A DNA stretch of 64,000 nucleotides. Source: Acidobacteriota bacterium (GTDB taxonomy: Bacteria; Acidobacteriota; UBA4820; DSQY01). The notes beneath the pieces were generated by a model, which saw nothing but the letters and a program-made list of their open reading frames with translations, made no database searches and was not told where the DNA came from. Shown here piece by piece: positions 39,427 to 47,411 of this stretch. The stretch's first letter is position 1; each line of letters begins with the position of its first letter. Where the stretch lies: assembly GCA_049591295.1 (NCBI GenBank), contig JBAWEQ010000130.1, positions 17,138 to 81,137 of the forward strand. The letters run 5' to 3'. The position numbers were made by a program, and so were the translations under genes.

Positions 39427-41439
39427 ATGTCCAAACGATTGTTCGCCATCCTCGCGTTGGTCAGCTTGGCCGGGCTCGGTGTGTGGGCGAAGCGTCCAAA
39501 CGCCCTGCTGGCCCTGGGTCTTCAGCAGCCGGAGTATCTCAGCGTGCAGGTTGCCAACCCCATCACCGTCATGGTCACCTCCCCGGCTGATTGTTCCGAG
39601 GAACTGACCCTTTCCGTGCGCTCCGAAGACGGCCTGATCTCCCAGCCGGTCTGGAGGGAGCAGGTACGCCTCCAGGCGGGGGTTAATGCGGTTCGGGCCT
39701 CGATCGCTCCAGCAAAATTGTCCGCCTTCTCCATTGGCGAGGATGTGCTTCTCACTGCTCAGATCAGGCAGGCCAGCGCGGAAACGGAAGTCACCCTGGC
39801 CGCGAAAGCGAAGGCTCCGAGGGCCAGCAAGTGGTCCATCGCCTTTGCCTCGAAGCCCGCGCTCCTTTACACCACTTCGGACGCTACCCTGAGTTTCGTG
39901 GTGGCGAATCACAAGAGCAAAACGAAACAGGCCAAGGTCGTCCTGAAATTCATCACCATGAGGGGCAGGGTGAAGGCGAAGATGAAGGTGGCCACGGTGT
40001 TCCAGCCGGGCACGAACCCCCTGGACATCCAGGTTCCCACCGCAACCGCCCTCCTCGCCAAGTCCCAGGGAGCGACCAAGCTGAGGGCGGTCCTGCAGGT
40101 GCGGGGCCAATCCCGCGCCAACGACATCGCTTACCTAGACTATGATCTCGGCGCCTCGGCGGTGGGCAGCCCGCTGAGCGGCGTGGCGCCCCTTTCGGTC
40201 TCTTTTACAGGGGCGGTTTCGGGAGGCTATCCCCCCTACAGCTACGACTGGAAATTCGGCGATTCCACACCCCATTCCTCGGACCTCAGCCCCTCCCATA
40301 CCTATTCGACGCCGGGCTCCTTCGCCGCGCAGCTCACCGTGACGGACGTCCTGGGCGGAGTGGTGGAGGCGGCCCCTCTGACCGTGGCCGTTGCCCCTCC
40401 CCTCAGCCTGGCCTGCGGTGCGAGTCCCTCCGGCGGCGCCGCTCCCCTGCCAGTGACCTTCTCGGCGGCGGCCACGGGCGGTTCCGGCTCCTACGCTTAC
40501 ACCTGGAGCTTCGGCGACGGGGCCTCCTCCTCTCAGCAGAATCCGTCCCACACCTATACGGCCGCCGGAAGCTATGGGGCGAGTGTGACCGTCACGAGCG
40601 GGGCCCAGTCCGCCTCCTGCTCCAAAACCATCACCGTTAGTGCCCCCGCCCTGGCCGTGACGTGCAGCGCCACCCCGACGAGTGGAGCAGCCCCCCTGGC
40701 CGTGAGTTTTGCGTGCCAGCCCTCCGGTGGTGGCAGCGGCTCCTACGTCTTCGACTGGAACTTCGGCGACGGCAGCGCCGACGACACCTCCCAGAACCCC
40801 AGCCACACCTATTCCGCCAACGGGACTTTCACGGCGGTAGTGACGGTCACGGCCGGAAGCCAGTCCGCTTCCTGCCAGAAAACTATTACCGTGGGGGGCT
40901 CTACACCAGTGGCCGTGACTTGCAGCGCTGCGCCTTCCAGTGGACCGGCCCCGCTGGCGGTCTCCTTTACCTGCCAGCCTTCGGGGGGTACTGGCTCCTA
41001 CACCTACGACTGGGACTTCGGCGATGGGAGTCCGCACCTCACTGCGCAGAATCCCAGCCACACCTACTCGGCGGGCGGAGCGTACACGGCCAGTGTGGCC
41101 GTTGTCTCAGGCAGCCAGAGCGGGTCCTGTCAGACCTCCATCACGGTGAGTGGCTCTCCTCTCACCATCGACGGTCTCGCTACAGCGGATCTGGGTAATG
41201 GTACCTATTCGATAGACTGGTTGTTGAACGATACCGATTCGGCCGCCGCGACCATCACGTGGAACGCCGCCGTCACGGCCGGCGGCGGAAGCGTCAACCC
41301 CACGAGCGGCACCAGCAATCCCGGCGATGCCCCCAACACCATCTACAGCCCAAATGGGGCCACGACGGGTACGATCACGATCACCGCCTCCGACGACCAG
41401 GGCAACACGGCCGCCCCGCAGGCGGTCACCGTGCCATAG
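39427..41439 (+). CDS. Secreted protein with four tandem PKD domains
   Basis: From ATG 39427: signal peptide MSKRLFAILALVSLAGLGVWA, a ~240-aa unassigned N-region, then four ~80-aa repeats with the PKD signature (APL.VSF......GSGSY.Y.W.FGDGS....NPSHTY...G.Y...VTV). The upstream 45 codons of the ORF track are rejected. Confidence 0.85.
   Translation: MSKRLFAILALVSLAGLGVWAKRPNALLALGLQQPEYLSVQVANPITVMVTSPADCSEELTLSVRSEDGLISQPVWREQVRLQAGVNAVRASIAPAKLSAFSIGEDVLLTAQIRQASAETEVTLAAKAKAPRASKWSIAFASKPALLYTTSDATLSFVVANHKSKTKQAKVVLKFITMRGRVKAKMKVATVFQPGTNPLDIQVPTATALLAKSQGATKLRAVLQVRGQSRANDIAYLDYDLGASAVGSPLSGVAPLSVSFTGAVSGGYPPYSYDWKFGDSTPHSSDLSPSHTYSTPGSFAAQLTVTDVLGGVVEAAPLTVAVAPPLSLACGASPSGGAAPLPVTFSAAATGGSGSYAYTWSFGDGASSSQQNPSHTYTAAGSYGASVTVTSGAQSASCSKTITVSAPALAVTCSATPTSGAAPLAVSFACQPSGGGSGSYVFDWNFGDGSADDTSQNPSHTYSANGTFTAVVTVTAGSQSASCQKTITVGGSTPVAVTCSAAPSSGPAPLAVSFTCQPSGGTGSYTYDWDFGDGSPHLTAQNPSHTYSAGGAYTASVAVVSGSQSGSCQTSITVSGSPLTIDGLATADLGNGTYSIDWLLNDTDSAAATITWNAAVTAGGGSVNPTSGTSNPGDAPNTIYSPNGATTGTITITASDDQGNTAAPQAVTVP
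40156..41155 (+). repeat. Intragenic tandem PKD-domain repeats (x4)
   Basis: Repeats start near ORF residues 288, 372, 455 and 540. Repeats 2-4 are bracketed by Cys (..CGASPSGG/..SCSKTITV; VTCSATPTSG/SCQKTITV; VTCSAAPSSG/SCQTSITV). Confidence 0.8.
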
Positions 41440-41593
41440 GCCAGGCCGGCGCAAGGGCAGACAAGCTAGGGCCCAAGTAAAGTTGTTCACCCCCGACCAG
41501 AGCCGTGATCGAAGTATACGGAACGCATGGAACGGGGTATTCTGCCTCTAAACCTTGATATTTCAGCTCGCAAAAGCGTTTCCCCTCTCGCTG

Positions 41594-41611
41594 GTTAGCC
41601 GCCCTGCTAAC
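41594..41611. promoter_or_regulatory. Inverted repeat GTTAGC-N6-GCTAAC, candidate enhancer (UAS) for the downstream sigma54 promoter
   Basis: Perfect 6-bp half-sites at 41594-41599 and 41606-41611, about 90 bp upstream of the -24/-12 element. Function is inferred from position only. Confidence 0.3.
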
Positions 41612-41688
41612 TGAGTACACGCCGAAGGCCTCCCGCTGGAAGCGTGCAACCCACTGAAAAGGCTAGTTGTTTTGCGATCCGCCTGGGA

Positions 41689-41704
41689 TGGCACCCCTCT
41701 TGCT
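41689..41704 (+). promoter_or_regulatory. Sigma54 (-24/-12) promoter
   Basis: TGGCACccctcTTGCT matches the consensus TGGCAC-N5-TTGCW at every specified position. It lies in an 815-bp intergenic region with visibly lower GC, 39 nt upstream of GTG 41743. Confidence 0.6.
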
Positions 41705-41742
41705 CTAGGTGGGCCAGGGAGCAGAGGGAGGGCCACCTCATC

Positions 41743-42126
41743 GTGGGCAATCGGGTAGCCAAGCTCGTATTTCTGATCTCGATGAGCTGCGCCTTCTGTG
41801 CTCTGGGCCTGGGATTGCACGCCTCCCCATCCTCCTGGCCCTCGCCCTCCCGGTCGAAAGCGGATCCCAGCCGGTTGCAGGCCCAGGAGGGCCGGGACCC
41901 CCTCGAGGCGCTCTCGCTGCCGCATGCCGATAACGGGCAGATGGGTCCCGACGAGGATGACGATTCCTCCCGGGACAACGATGGCCCCCTACTCCAACTG
42001 ATCCCCTCTCCACTTGCGCCTCTCCTGCTCCAAGTCCGCTCCCTCGAGCGGCTGGCCCTGCCCGCCGCTCCATGGGTCCCAGGTCGGAGCACGCTCCTCC
42101 GAAGGCGAATCTTCAAGAAGCCCTGA
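41743..42126 (+). CDS. Putative small secreted Pro/Asp-rich protein (hypothetical)
   Basis: GTG 41743 gives VGNRVAKLVFLISMSCAFCALGLGLHA-SP..., a signal-peptide-like N-terminus. High GC3 across 127 codons, GAGGGAGG SD about 11 nt upstream, start falls just downstream of the predicted sigma54 TSS. No recognisable family. Confidence 0.4.
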   Translation: MGNRVAKLVFLISMSCAFCALGLGLHASPSSWPSPSRSKADPSRLQAQEGRDPLEALSLPHADNGQMGPDEDDDSSRDNDGPLLQLIPSPLAPLLLQVRSLERLALPAAPWVPGRSTLLRRRIFKKP

Positions 42127-42254
42127 CAGGATCGCCGTGCCGGCAGACTTCGAGGCCGGCAACCCCGCTAATCCATCGCATTTCTCGTCCCATTGGCGTA
42201 GAGGTGTACCGGGTATTGCGACGCAGTACCCAAGAGAGACCGGAGGTCGGTGTG

Positions 42255-45200
42255 ATGCAAAGGCGAAAACTCTTCCTGTTCGCACTCGGGTTGGTGCTGA
42301 CTCTCGCGCTGGTTCCTGGGCTCTTTGCTCAAGGGGCCAGCCCAGCGTCCTGCGGCACCATAGGCCCCATCAACAACAACGACACGATCATCCTCAGGGG
42401 CAACGTGAACCCCCTCGCCCAACCCCAGGCGGACTACGGCTTCGCCGACCCGGCGCGGCCGATGGACCGGATCATTCTCACGCTGAAGATGAGCCCCAGC
42501 CGGCAGGCCGTTCTGGACCGCCTGCTGGCTGAGCAACAGGACCCGACCTCCCCGCGCTTTCATCATTGGATGAGCCCCGAGGAATTCGGCAGGCGCTTTG
42601 GGCCGAGCAGGGAAGATTTGGCCACCGTCACGCGCTGGCTGAAATCGCAAGGATTCACCATCGACGAAGTGGCCAAGGGACGCCTGTGGGTCAACTTCAG
42701 CGGGAGCGTGGCCGAGGTGGAGAGCGCCTTCCACACCGAAATTCACCGCTACTACGTGGCGGGGATGATGCACCACGCCAACGCCACCGATCCCTCGATT
42801 CCGAAGGCCCTGTCGGGGGTGGTGGCGGGCATCGTCTCTCTCGACGACTTCCCGCGCCAGCCGATGAACGCCGGCTTCCAGAAACTCTCCCCCCAGGATG
42901 CCGCCGCCGTTTACGCCAAGTACGGCAAGATCCTGCCCCAGTGGAGCGGCACCGCCAACGGCACCGCCGGGGTCTACGCCAGCCCCATCGACTGGGCCAC
43001 CATCTATGACGCGAACGCCTCCTACAGCGCCAACGGTACCGGCACGGGCGTGACCATCGGCATCGTCGGCCGGACGAACCCCGGCACCACGAACTGGTCT
43101 ACCTTCCGCAGCGTCCTGGGGCTGCCCGTGAACACCCCCACGATCATCGTCAACGGCACCAACCCCGGCGATCTCGGTGCGGGCGAGGACGGCGAGGCCG
43201 ACCTGGACGCCGAATGGTCCGGCGGCGTGGCCCCGGGGGCGACGGTCAAGTTCGTGGCCTCCGCCTCGACATCGAGCACGGACGGTGTCGATCTCTCGGC
43301 CCAATACATCGTGAACAACAACCTGGCGGACGTGATGAGCACGAGCTTCGGCTCCTGCGAGTCGGCCATGGGGTCGGCCGAGAATACCTTCTACAATAAC
43401 CTCTGGTCCCAGGCCGCCACGCAGGGCATCACCGCCTGCATCTCCACGGGCGACAGCGGTCCCGCCGGCTGCGCCGCTGGCAGCGCCACCACCGGCTCGG
43501 GCCAGTCGGGCGTGAACGGCCTGGCCTCCACGCCCTACGACATCGCCGTGGGTGCCACGCAACTCAGTAACTCCAGCAGCTATTGGAACGCCTCGGGTGC
43601 GGCCACCGGCTACATTCCCGAGACGCCATGGAACGAGAGCGGCACGGTCAGCGGCGGCTCCGGCCTATGGTCCACGAGCAGCGGCGCCTCCAGCACCTAT
43701 GCCAAGCCCTCCTGGCAGTCGGCGCCCGGCGTGCCGAGCGCCAGCCACCGTTACCTGCCCGACGTGTGCCTGGACGGCTCCGACATGTTCTTCGGGAACT
43801 ACGGCATGCTGGTCTACACCCAGGGCGCGATGGCCACCACGGGCGGCACCTCGGCGGCCTCGCCCTCCTTCGCCGGCCTCATGGCCCTCGTGGTCCAGAA
43901 GTACGGCCGGCAGGGAAACGCGAACACCAAGCTCTACCAGCTCGGCACGGCCCAGTACAACGGGACGGGACCGGCCGTTTTCCACGACATCACCTCGGGC
44001 AACAACAACGTTCCGGGCTTGACGGGCTTCACCGCCGCCACCGGGTGGGACGAGGTTACGGGCCTGGGCACGGTGGACGTGGATGCTATGGTCAACAACT
44101 GGAACGGGACCACCGCGACCTACAGCATCTCGGGAACGGTGAGCGGTGCGGCGACCTCCGGGGTGACGATGACCCTCAGCGGAGCGGCCAGCGCCACGAC
44201 GACCACGGCCAGCGGCGGGACCTACAGCTTCGCGGGGCTCGCCAATGGCACCTACACGGTGACGCCGAGCAAATCCGGCTACACCTTCTCCCCCGCCAGC
44301 GCCTCCGAGACCATCAGCGGCGCCAACATCACGGGCGTGAACTTCACGGCCACGGCCGTGCCGACCTACAGCGTCTCCGGGACCATCACCCTGAATGGCG
44401 CCGGTCTCTCCGGCGTCACCGTCTCCTTGGGCACCGCATCGGCCACCACCAGCAGCGCCGGCGCCTTCACGTTGACGGGCTTCCCGAGCGGCACTTACAC
44501 GGTGACACCGAGCCTGACCGGCTACACCTTCTCCCCTGCCAGCCAGTCGGTCACCGTCGGAAGCGCCAACGTGACGGGCGTAAACTTCACCGCCTCCGTG
44601 GTCACGGGTCCCACGACCCTCTTCAGCGACGGGTTCGAGAGCCAGTTCACGGGGTGGTCTACGGCGCAGGCTTCGGGGACGGCGGGCGCCTGGACGGCCG
44701 TCACCTCCGGCCCCTATCCTTCGGCCTCTCCCCACGGCGGCTCCTACCTGGCCGACTTCAACTCTTACACCTCCGCCAGCGGCAGCGAGACGCGCCTCTA
44801 CAGGACGGCGGGCTTCGCCATTCCCTCTTCCGCCAGCACGGTCACCTTGACCTTCTGGATGTACCACGACACGGGGTATTCCAGCTCCAACGACCAGGTC
44901 CAGGCCCAGGTGTCCACCAACGGCAGCACGTGGACCAACGTGGGCTCCGCGGTGTCTCGCTACAACGGCAGCACGGGCTGGGCGCAGGTCAGCATCGACC
45001 TGAGCACTTACAAGGGCCAGTCGAGCGTACAGCTCGGCTTCCTGGGCATCAGCGCTTACGGCAACGACTGCTACATCGACGATGTGGCGGTGGTGATGCA
45101 GGGCGGCTCGGCCACCTACGGCATCTCGGGAACGGTCTCTGGAGCCGTGACCAGCGGCGTGACCGTGACCCTGAGCGGCGCGGCGAGCGCGACCACCACC

Positions 45201-47102
45201 ACGGGCACGGGTGGCGCTTACACCTTCAGCGGCCTTGCCAACGGCGCCTACACCGTGACGCCGAGCAAGTCCGGCTATACCTTCTCACCGGCCAGCGCCT
45301 CAGAGACCGTGAACGGCGCTAATATCACCGGCGTGAACTTCACCGCCACGGCCAACCCTCCCGCCACGTACAGCATCTCCGGGACCATCACGCTGAGCGG
45401 CTCCGGCCTCTCGGGTGTGACGGTGACCGCGGGTTCGGCCTCCGCTACCACGAGCTCTGCGGGTGCCTACACCCTTTCCGGGTTGGCTAACGGCACCTAC
45501 ACGGTAACGCCGAGCAAGTCCGGCTATACCTTCTCACCGGCCAACGCCTCCGAGACCGTGAACGGCGCCAACATCACGGGCGTCAATTTCACGGGCACGG
45601 CCAATCCACCCTCCACCTACACCCTCTCGGGAACGATCACGCTGAGCGGCGCGGGCCTCTCGGGCGTGACGGTGACGGCCGGTACCGCGTCCAGCACGAC
45701 CTCCAGCACGGGGGCCTACACCCTCTCCGGCCTCGCCAACGGCACCTACACCGTGACCCCGAGCCTGAGCGGCTACACCTTCTCCCCCGCCACCGCCTCG
45801 GAAACGATCAACGGCGCCAACCTGACGGGCGTCAATTTCACGGCCACGGCAAGCTCCGGCGGAACGGTCACGCTGCTGAGCGACGGCTTCGAGAGCGGCG
45901 GCTGGTCCTCGGCGCAAGTCTCCGGAACGGCCGGCGCTTGGACGGCAGCCACCTCCGGGACCTATCCCAGCGTCTCCCCCCACGGCGGCTCACACCTCGG
46001 AGATTTCAACTCCTACACCTCCGCCAGCGGCAGCGAGACTCGCTACTACCGCGCGGCGGGATTTGCCGTTCCGTCCAACACGACCTCGATGACGCTGACC
46101 TTCTGGATGTACCACGACACGGGCTACTCCTCGGACAACGACCGCGTGCAGGCGCAGGTTTCCACGAACGGCAGCACGTGGACGAACGTCGGCTCGGCCG
46201 TCTCCCGTTATAACGGCACTACCGGCTGGGCGCAGATCAGTATCAGCTTGGGCACCTCCTACAACGCCGCGGCCAATCTGCAGGTGGGCATCCTCGGCAT
46301 CAGCGCCTACGGGAACGACTGCTACGTGGACGATGTCGCCGTGGTGGCGCAGACCGGGACGCCGCCGCCCACCTATACGCTCTCGGGAACCATCACGCTC
46401 AGCGGCGCGGGTCTCTCGGGTGTAACGGTCACCGCGGGGACGGCCTCGGCGACGACCACTTCCACCGGCACCTACACGATTTCCGGCTTGGTGAATGGCA
46501 CGTACACGGTGACGCCGAGCAAGTCCGGCTATGCCTTCACCCCGGCCAGCGCCTCCGAGACAGTGAACGGCGTCAATATCACGGGCGTCAACTTCACCGC
46601 CGCGGTGGCCAGCGGTCCCGCAACCCTCTTCAGCGATGGCTTCGAAGGAACGGGCTGGTCCACGGCCCAGGTCTCCGGCACCGCGGGCGCCTGGACCATG
46701 GTGAGCTCTGGCACCTACCCCAGCGCCTCCCCACACGGCGGCTCCAAGATGGCCGACTTCAACTCCTGGACCTCCGCCAGCGGCAGCGAGACGCGCCTCT
46801 ACCGGGCCTCCGGGTTCGCCGTGGCGACCAACTACACCACAGTGACCCTTACCTTCTGGATGTATCACGACACTCAGTACTCCAGCTACAACGATCAGGT
46901 GCAGGTGCAGGTGTCCACCAACGGCACCACATGGACCAACGTGGGCTCGCCGGTCTCGCGCTACACCGGCTCCACCGGCTGGGCCCAGTCCACAGTGGAC
47001 CTGAGCGCCTACAAGGGCCAGACCGTCTACCTGGCCTTCGAGGGCATCAGCGGTTACGGCAACGACGAGTACCTCGACGACGTAGGCGTCACCGCACAAT
47101 AA
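42255..47102 (+). CDS. Secreted sedolisin (peptidase S53) with pro-kumamolisin-type prodomain and a C-terminal array of CarboxypepD_reg-like and ~165-aa beta-sandwich modules
   Basis: From ATG 42255 (GGAGG SD): signal peptide MQRRKLFLFALGLVLTLALVPGLFAQG. Prodomain (RIILTLKMSPSRQAVLDRLLAEQQDPTSPRFHHWMSPEEFGRRFGP...VESAFHTEIHRY). Catalytic motifs GEADLDAEW and GGTSAASPSFAG. Then six ~80-aa repeats (TYSISGTV..G.YTF.GLANGTYTVTPSKSGYTFSP....NFTA) and three ~165-aa modules. 1615 aa. Confidence 0.85.
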   Translation: MQRRKLFLFALGLVLTLALVPGLFAQGASPASCGTIGPINNNDTIILRGNVNPLAQPQADYGFADPARPMDRIILTLKMSPSRQAVLDRLLAEQQDPTSPRFHHWMSPEEFGRRFGPSREDLATVTRWLKSQGFTIDEVAKGRLWVNFSGSVAEVESAFHTEIHRYYVAGMMHHANATDPSIPKALSGVVAGIVSLDDFPRQPMNAGFQKLSPQDAAAVYAKYGKILPQWSGTANGTAGVYASPIDWATIYDANASYSANGTGTGVTIGIVGRTNPGTTNWSTFRSVLGLPVNTPTIIVNGTNPGDLGAGEDGEADLDAEWSGGVAPGATVKFVASASTSSTDGVDLSAQYIVNNNLADVMSTSFGSCESAMGSAENTFYNNLWSQAATQGITACISTGDSGPAGCAAGSATTGSGQSGVNGLASTPYDIAVGATQLSNSSSYWNASGAATGYIPETPWNESGTVSGGSGLWSTSSGASSTYAKPSWQSAPGVPSASHRYLPDVCLDGSDMFFGNYGMLVYTQGAMATTGGTSAASPSFAGLMALVVQKYGRQGNANTKLYQLGTAQYNGTGPAVFHDITSGNNNVPGLTGFTAATGWDEVTGLGTVDVDAMVNNWNGTTATYSISGTVSGAATSGVTMTLSGAASATTTTASGGTYSFAGLANGTYTVTPSKSGYTFSPASASETISGANITGVNFTATAVPTYSVSGTITLNGAGLSGVTVSLGTASATTSSAGAFTLTGFPSGTYTVTPSLTGYTFSPASQSVTVGSANVTGVNFTASVVTGPTTLFSDGFESQFTGWSTAQASGTAGAWTAVTSGPYPSASPHGGSYLADFNSYTSASGSETRLYRTAGFAIPSSASTVTLTFWMYHDTGYSSSNDQVQAQVSTNGSTWTNVGSAVSRYNGSTGWAQVSIDLSTYKGQSSVQLGFLGISAYGNDCYIDDVAVVMQGGSATYGISGTVSGAVTSGVTVTLSGAASATTTTGTGGAYTFSGLANGAYTVTPSKSGYTFSPASASETVNGANITGVNFTATANPPATYSISGTITLSGSGLSGVTVTAGSASATTSSAGAYTLSGLANGTYTVTPSKSGYTFSPANASETVNGANITGVNFTGTANPPSTYTLSGTITLSGAGLSGVTVTAGTASSTTSSTGAYTLSGLANGTYTVTPSLSGYTFSPATASETINGANLTGVNFTATASSGGTVTLLSDGFESGGWSSAQVSGTAGAWTAATSGTYPSVSPHGGSHLGDFNSYTSASGSETRYYRAAGFAVPSNTTSMTLTFWMYHDTGYSSDNDRVQAQVSTNGSTWTNVGSAVSRYNGTTGWAQISISLGTSYNAAANLQVGILGISAYGNDCYVDDVAVVAQTGTPPPTYTLSGTITLSGAGLSGVTVTAGTASATTTSTGTYTISGLVNGTYTVTPSKSGYAFTPASASETVNGVNITGVNFTAAVASGPATLFSDGFEGTGWSTAQVSGTAGAWTMVSSGTYPSASPHGGSKMADFNSWTSASGSETRLYRASGFAVATNYTTVTLTFWMYHDTQYSSYNDQVQVQVSTNGTTWTNVGSPVSRYTGSTGWAQSTVDLSAYKGQTVYLAFEGISGYGNDEYLDDVGVTAQ
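44118..47099 (+). repeat. Intragenic domain repeats arranged (R R J)(R R R J)(R J)
   Basis: R = ~80-aa CarboxypepD_reg-like unit starting near 44118, 44364, 45114, 45366, 45615 and 46371. J = ~165-aa module at about 44610-45099, 45867-46350 and 46620-47099. Exact nucleotide runs are shared between copies, e.g. a 37-nt identity at 45258-45294 and 45507-45543. Confidence 0.85.
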
Positions 47103-47126
47103 CCGAGCGATCGGCTCATCCTCTGA

Positions 47127-47156
47127 GGGGGGTACCTTCGGGTGCCCCCCTTTTCT
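47127..47156 (+). terminator. Rho-independent terminator after the sedolisin gene
   Basis: GGGGGGTACC, loop TTCG, GGTGCCCCCC (one mismatch), followed by TTTTCTTCGTT. Confidence 0.7.
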
Positions 47157-47222
47157 TCGTTCGGCGGGGGAATGCCGCACCCCTTGCGGAACGATCCCCG
47201 GGGCGAGTAGCATACAAGACCC

Positions 47223-47312
47223 GGAGAGATGGCCGAGAGGTCGAAGGCGCCTGACTCGAAATCAGGTTTACCGGTAACGGTAACGGGGGTTCAAATCCCT
47301 CTCTCTCCGCCA
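47223..47312 (+). tRNA. tRNA-Ser (anticodon CGA)
   Basis: GGAGAGATGGCCGAGAGGTCGAAGGCGCCTGACTCGAAATCAGG... Acceptor GGAGAGA/TCTCTCC, anticodon loop CTCGAAA, long variable arm (class II), T-loop TTCAAAT, encoded CCA. 90 nt. Confidence 0.92.
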
Positions 47313-47334
47313 GAAACTAAAGGACTTACGCGAG

Positions 47335-47360
47335 GGCGGCCAGGGTGCCGCCTTTGGTCG
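47335..47360 (+). terminator. Rho-independent terminator after tRNA-Ser
   Basis: GGCGGC (47335-47340), loop CAGGGT, GCCGCC (47347-47352), then TTTGGTCGTTTGG. Confidence 0.5.
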
Positions 47361-47411
47361 TTTGGGGCGGGCCACACCTGGGCCGCGCCTTGAAGAGTTT
47401 GAGGAACCAGG

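Noticed and set aside
41644-41933. Alternative readings of the 41440-42254 spacer: the full 160-aa ORF from 41644, and the 74-aa ORF 41709-41933 in another frame.
   Set aside because: Both starts lie upstream of or on top of the predicted sigma54 -12 element and TSS. The first 33 codons of the 160-aa version lack coding character. The GTG 41743 version, with its signal peptide, is the only one kept, at low confidence.
39427-47312. Possibility that the PKD/sedolisin block next to tRNA-Ser is a horizontally acquired genomic island.
   Set aside because: No integrase, transposase or phage genes. No direct repeat of the tRNA-Ser 3' end found upstream. Codon/GC3 style of the two big genes looks like the rest of the window. 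Only the 41440-42254 spacer has lower GC.
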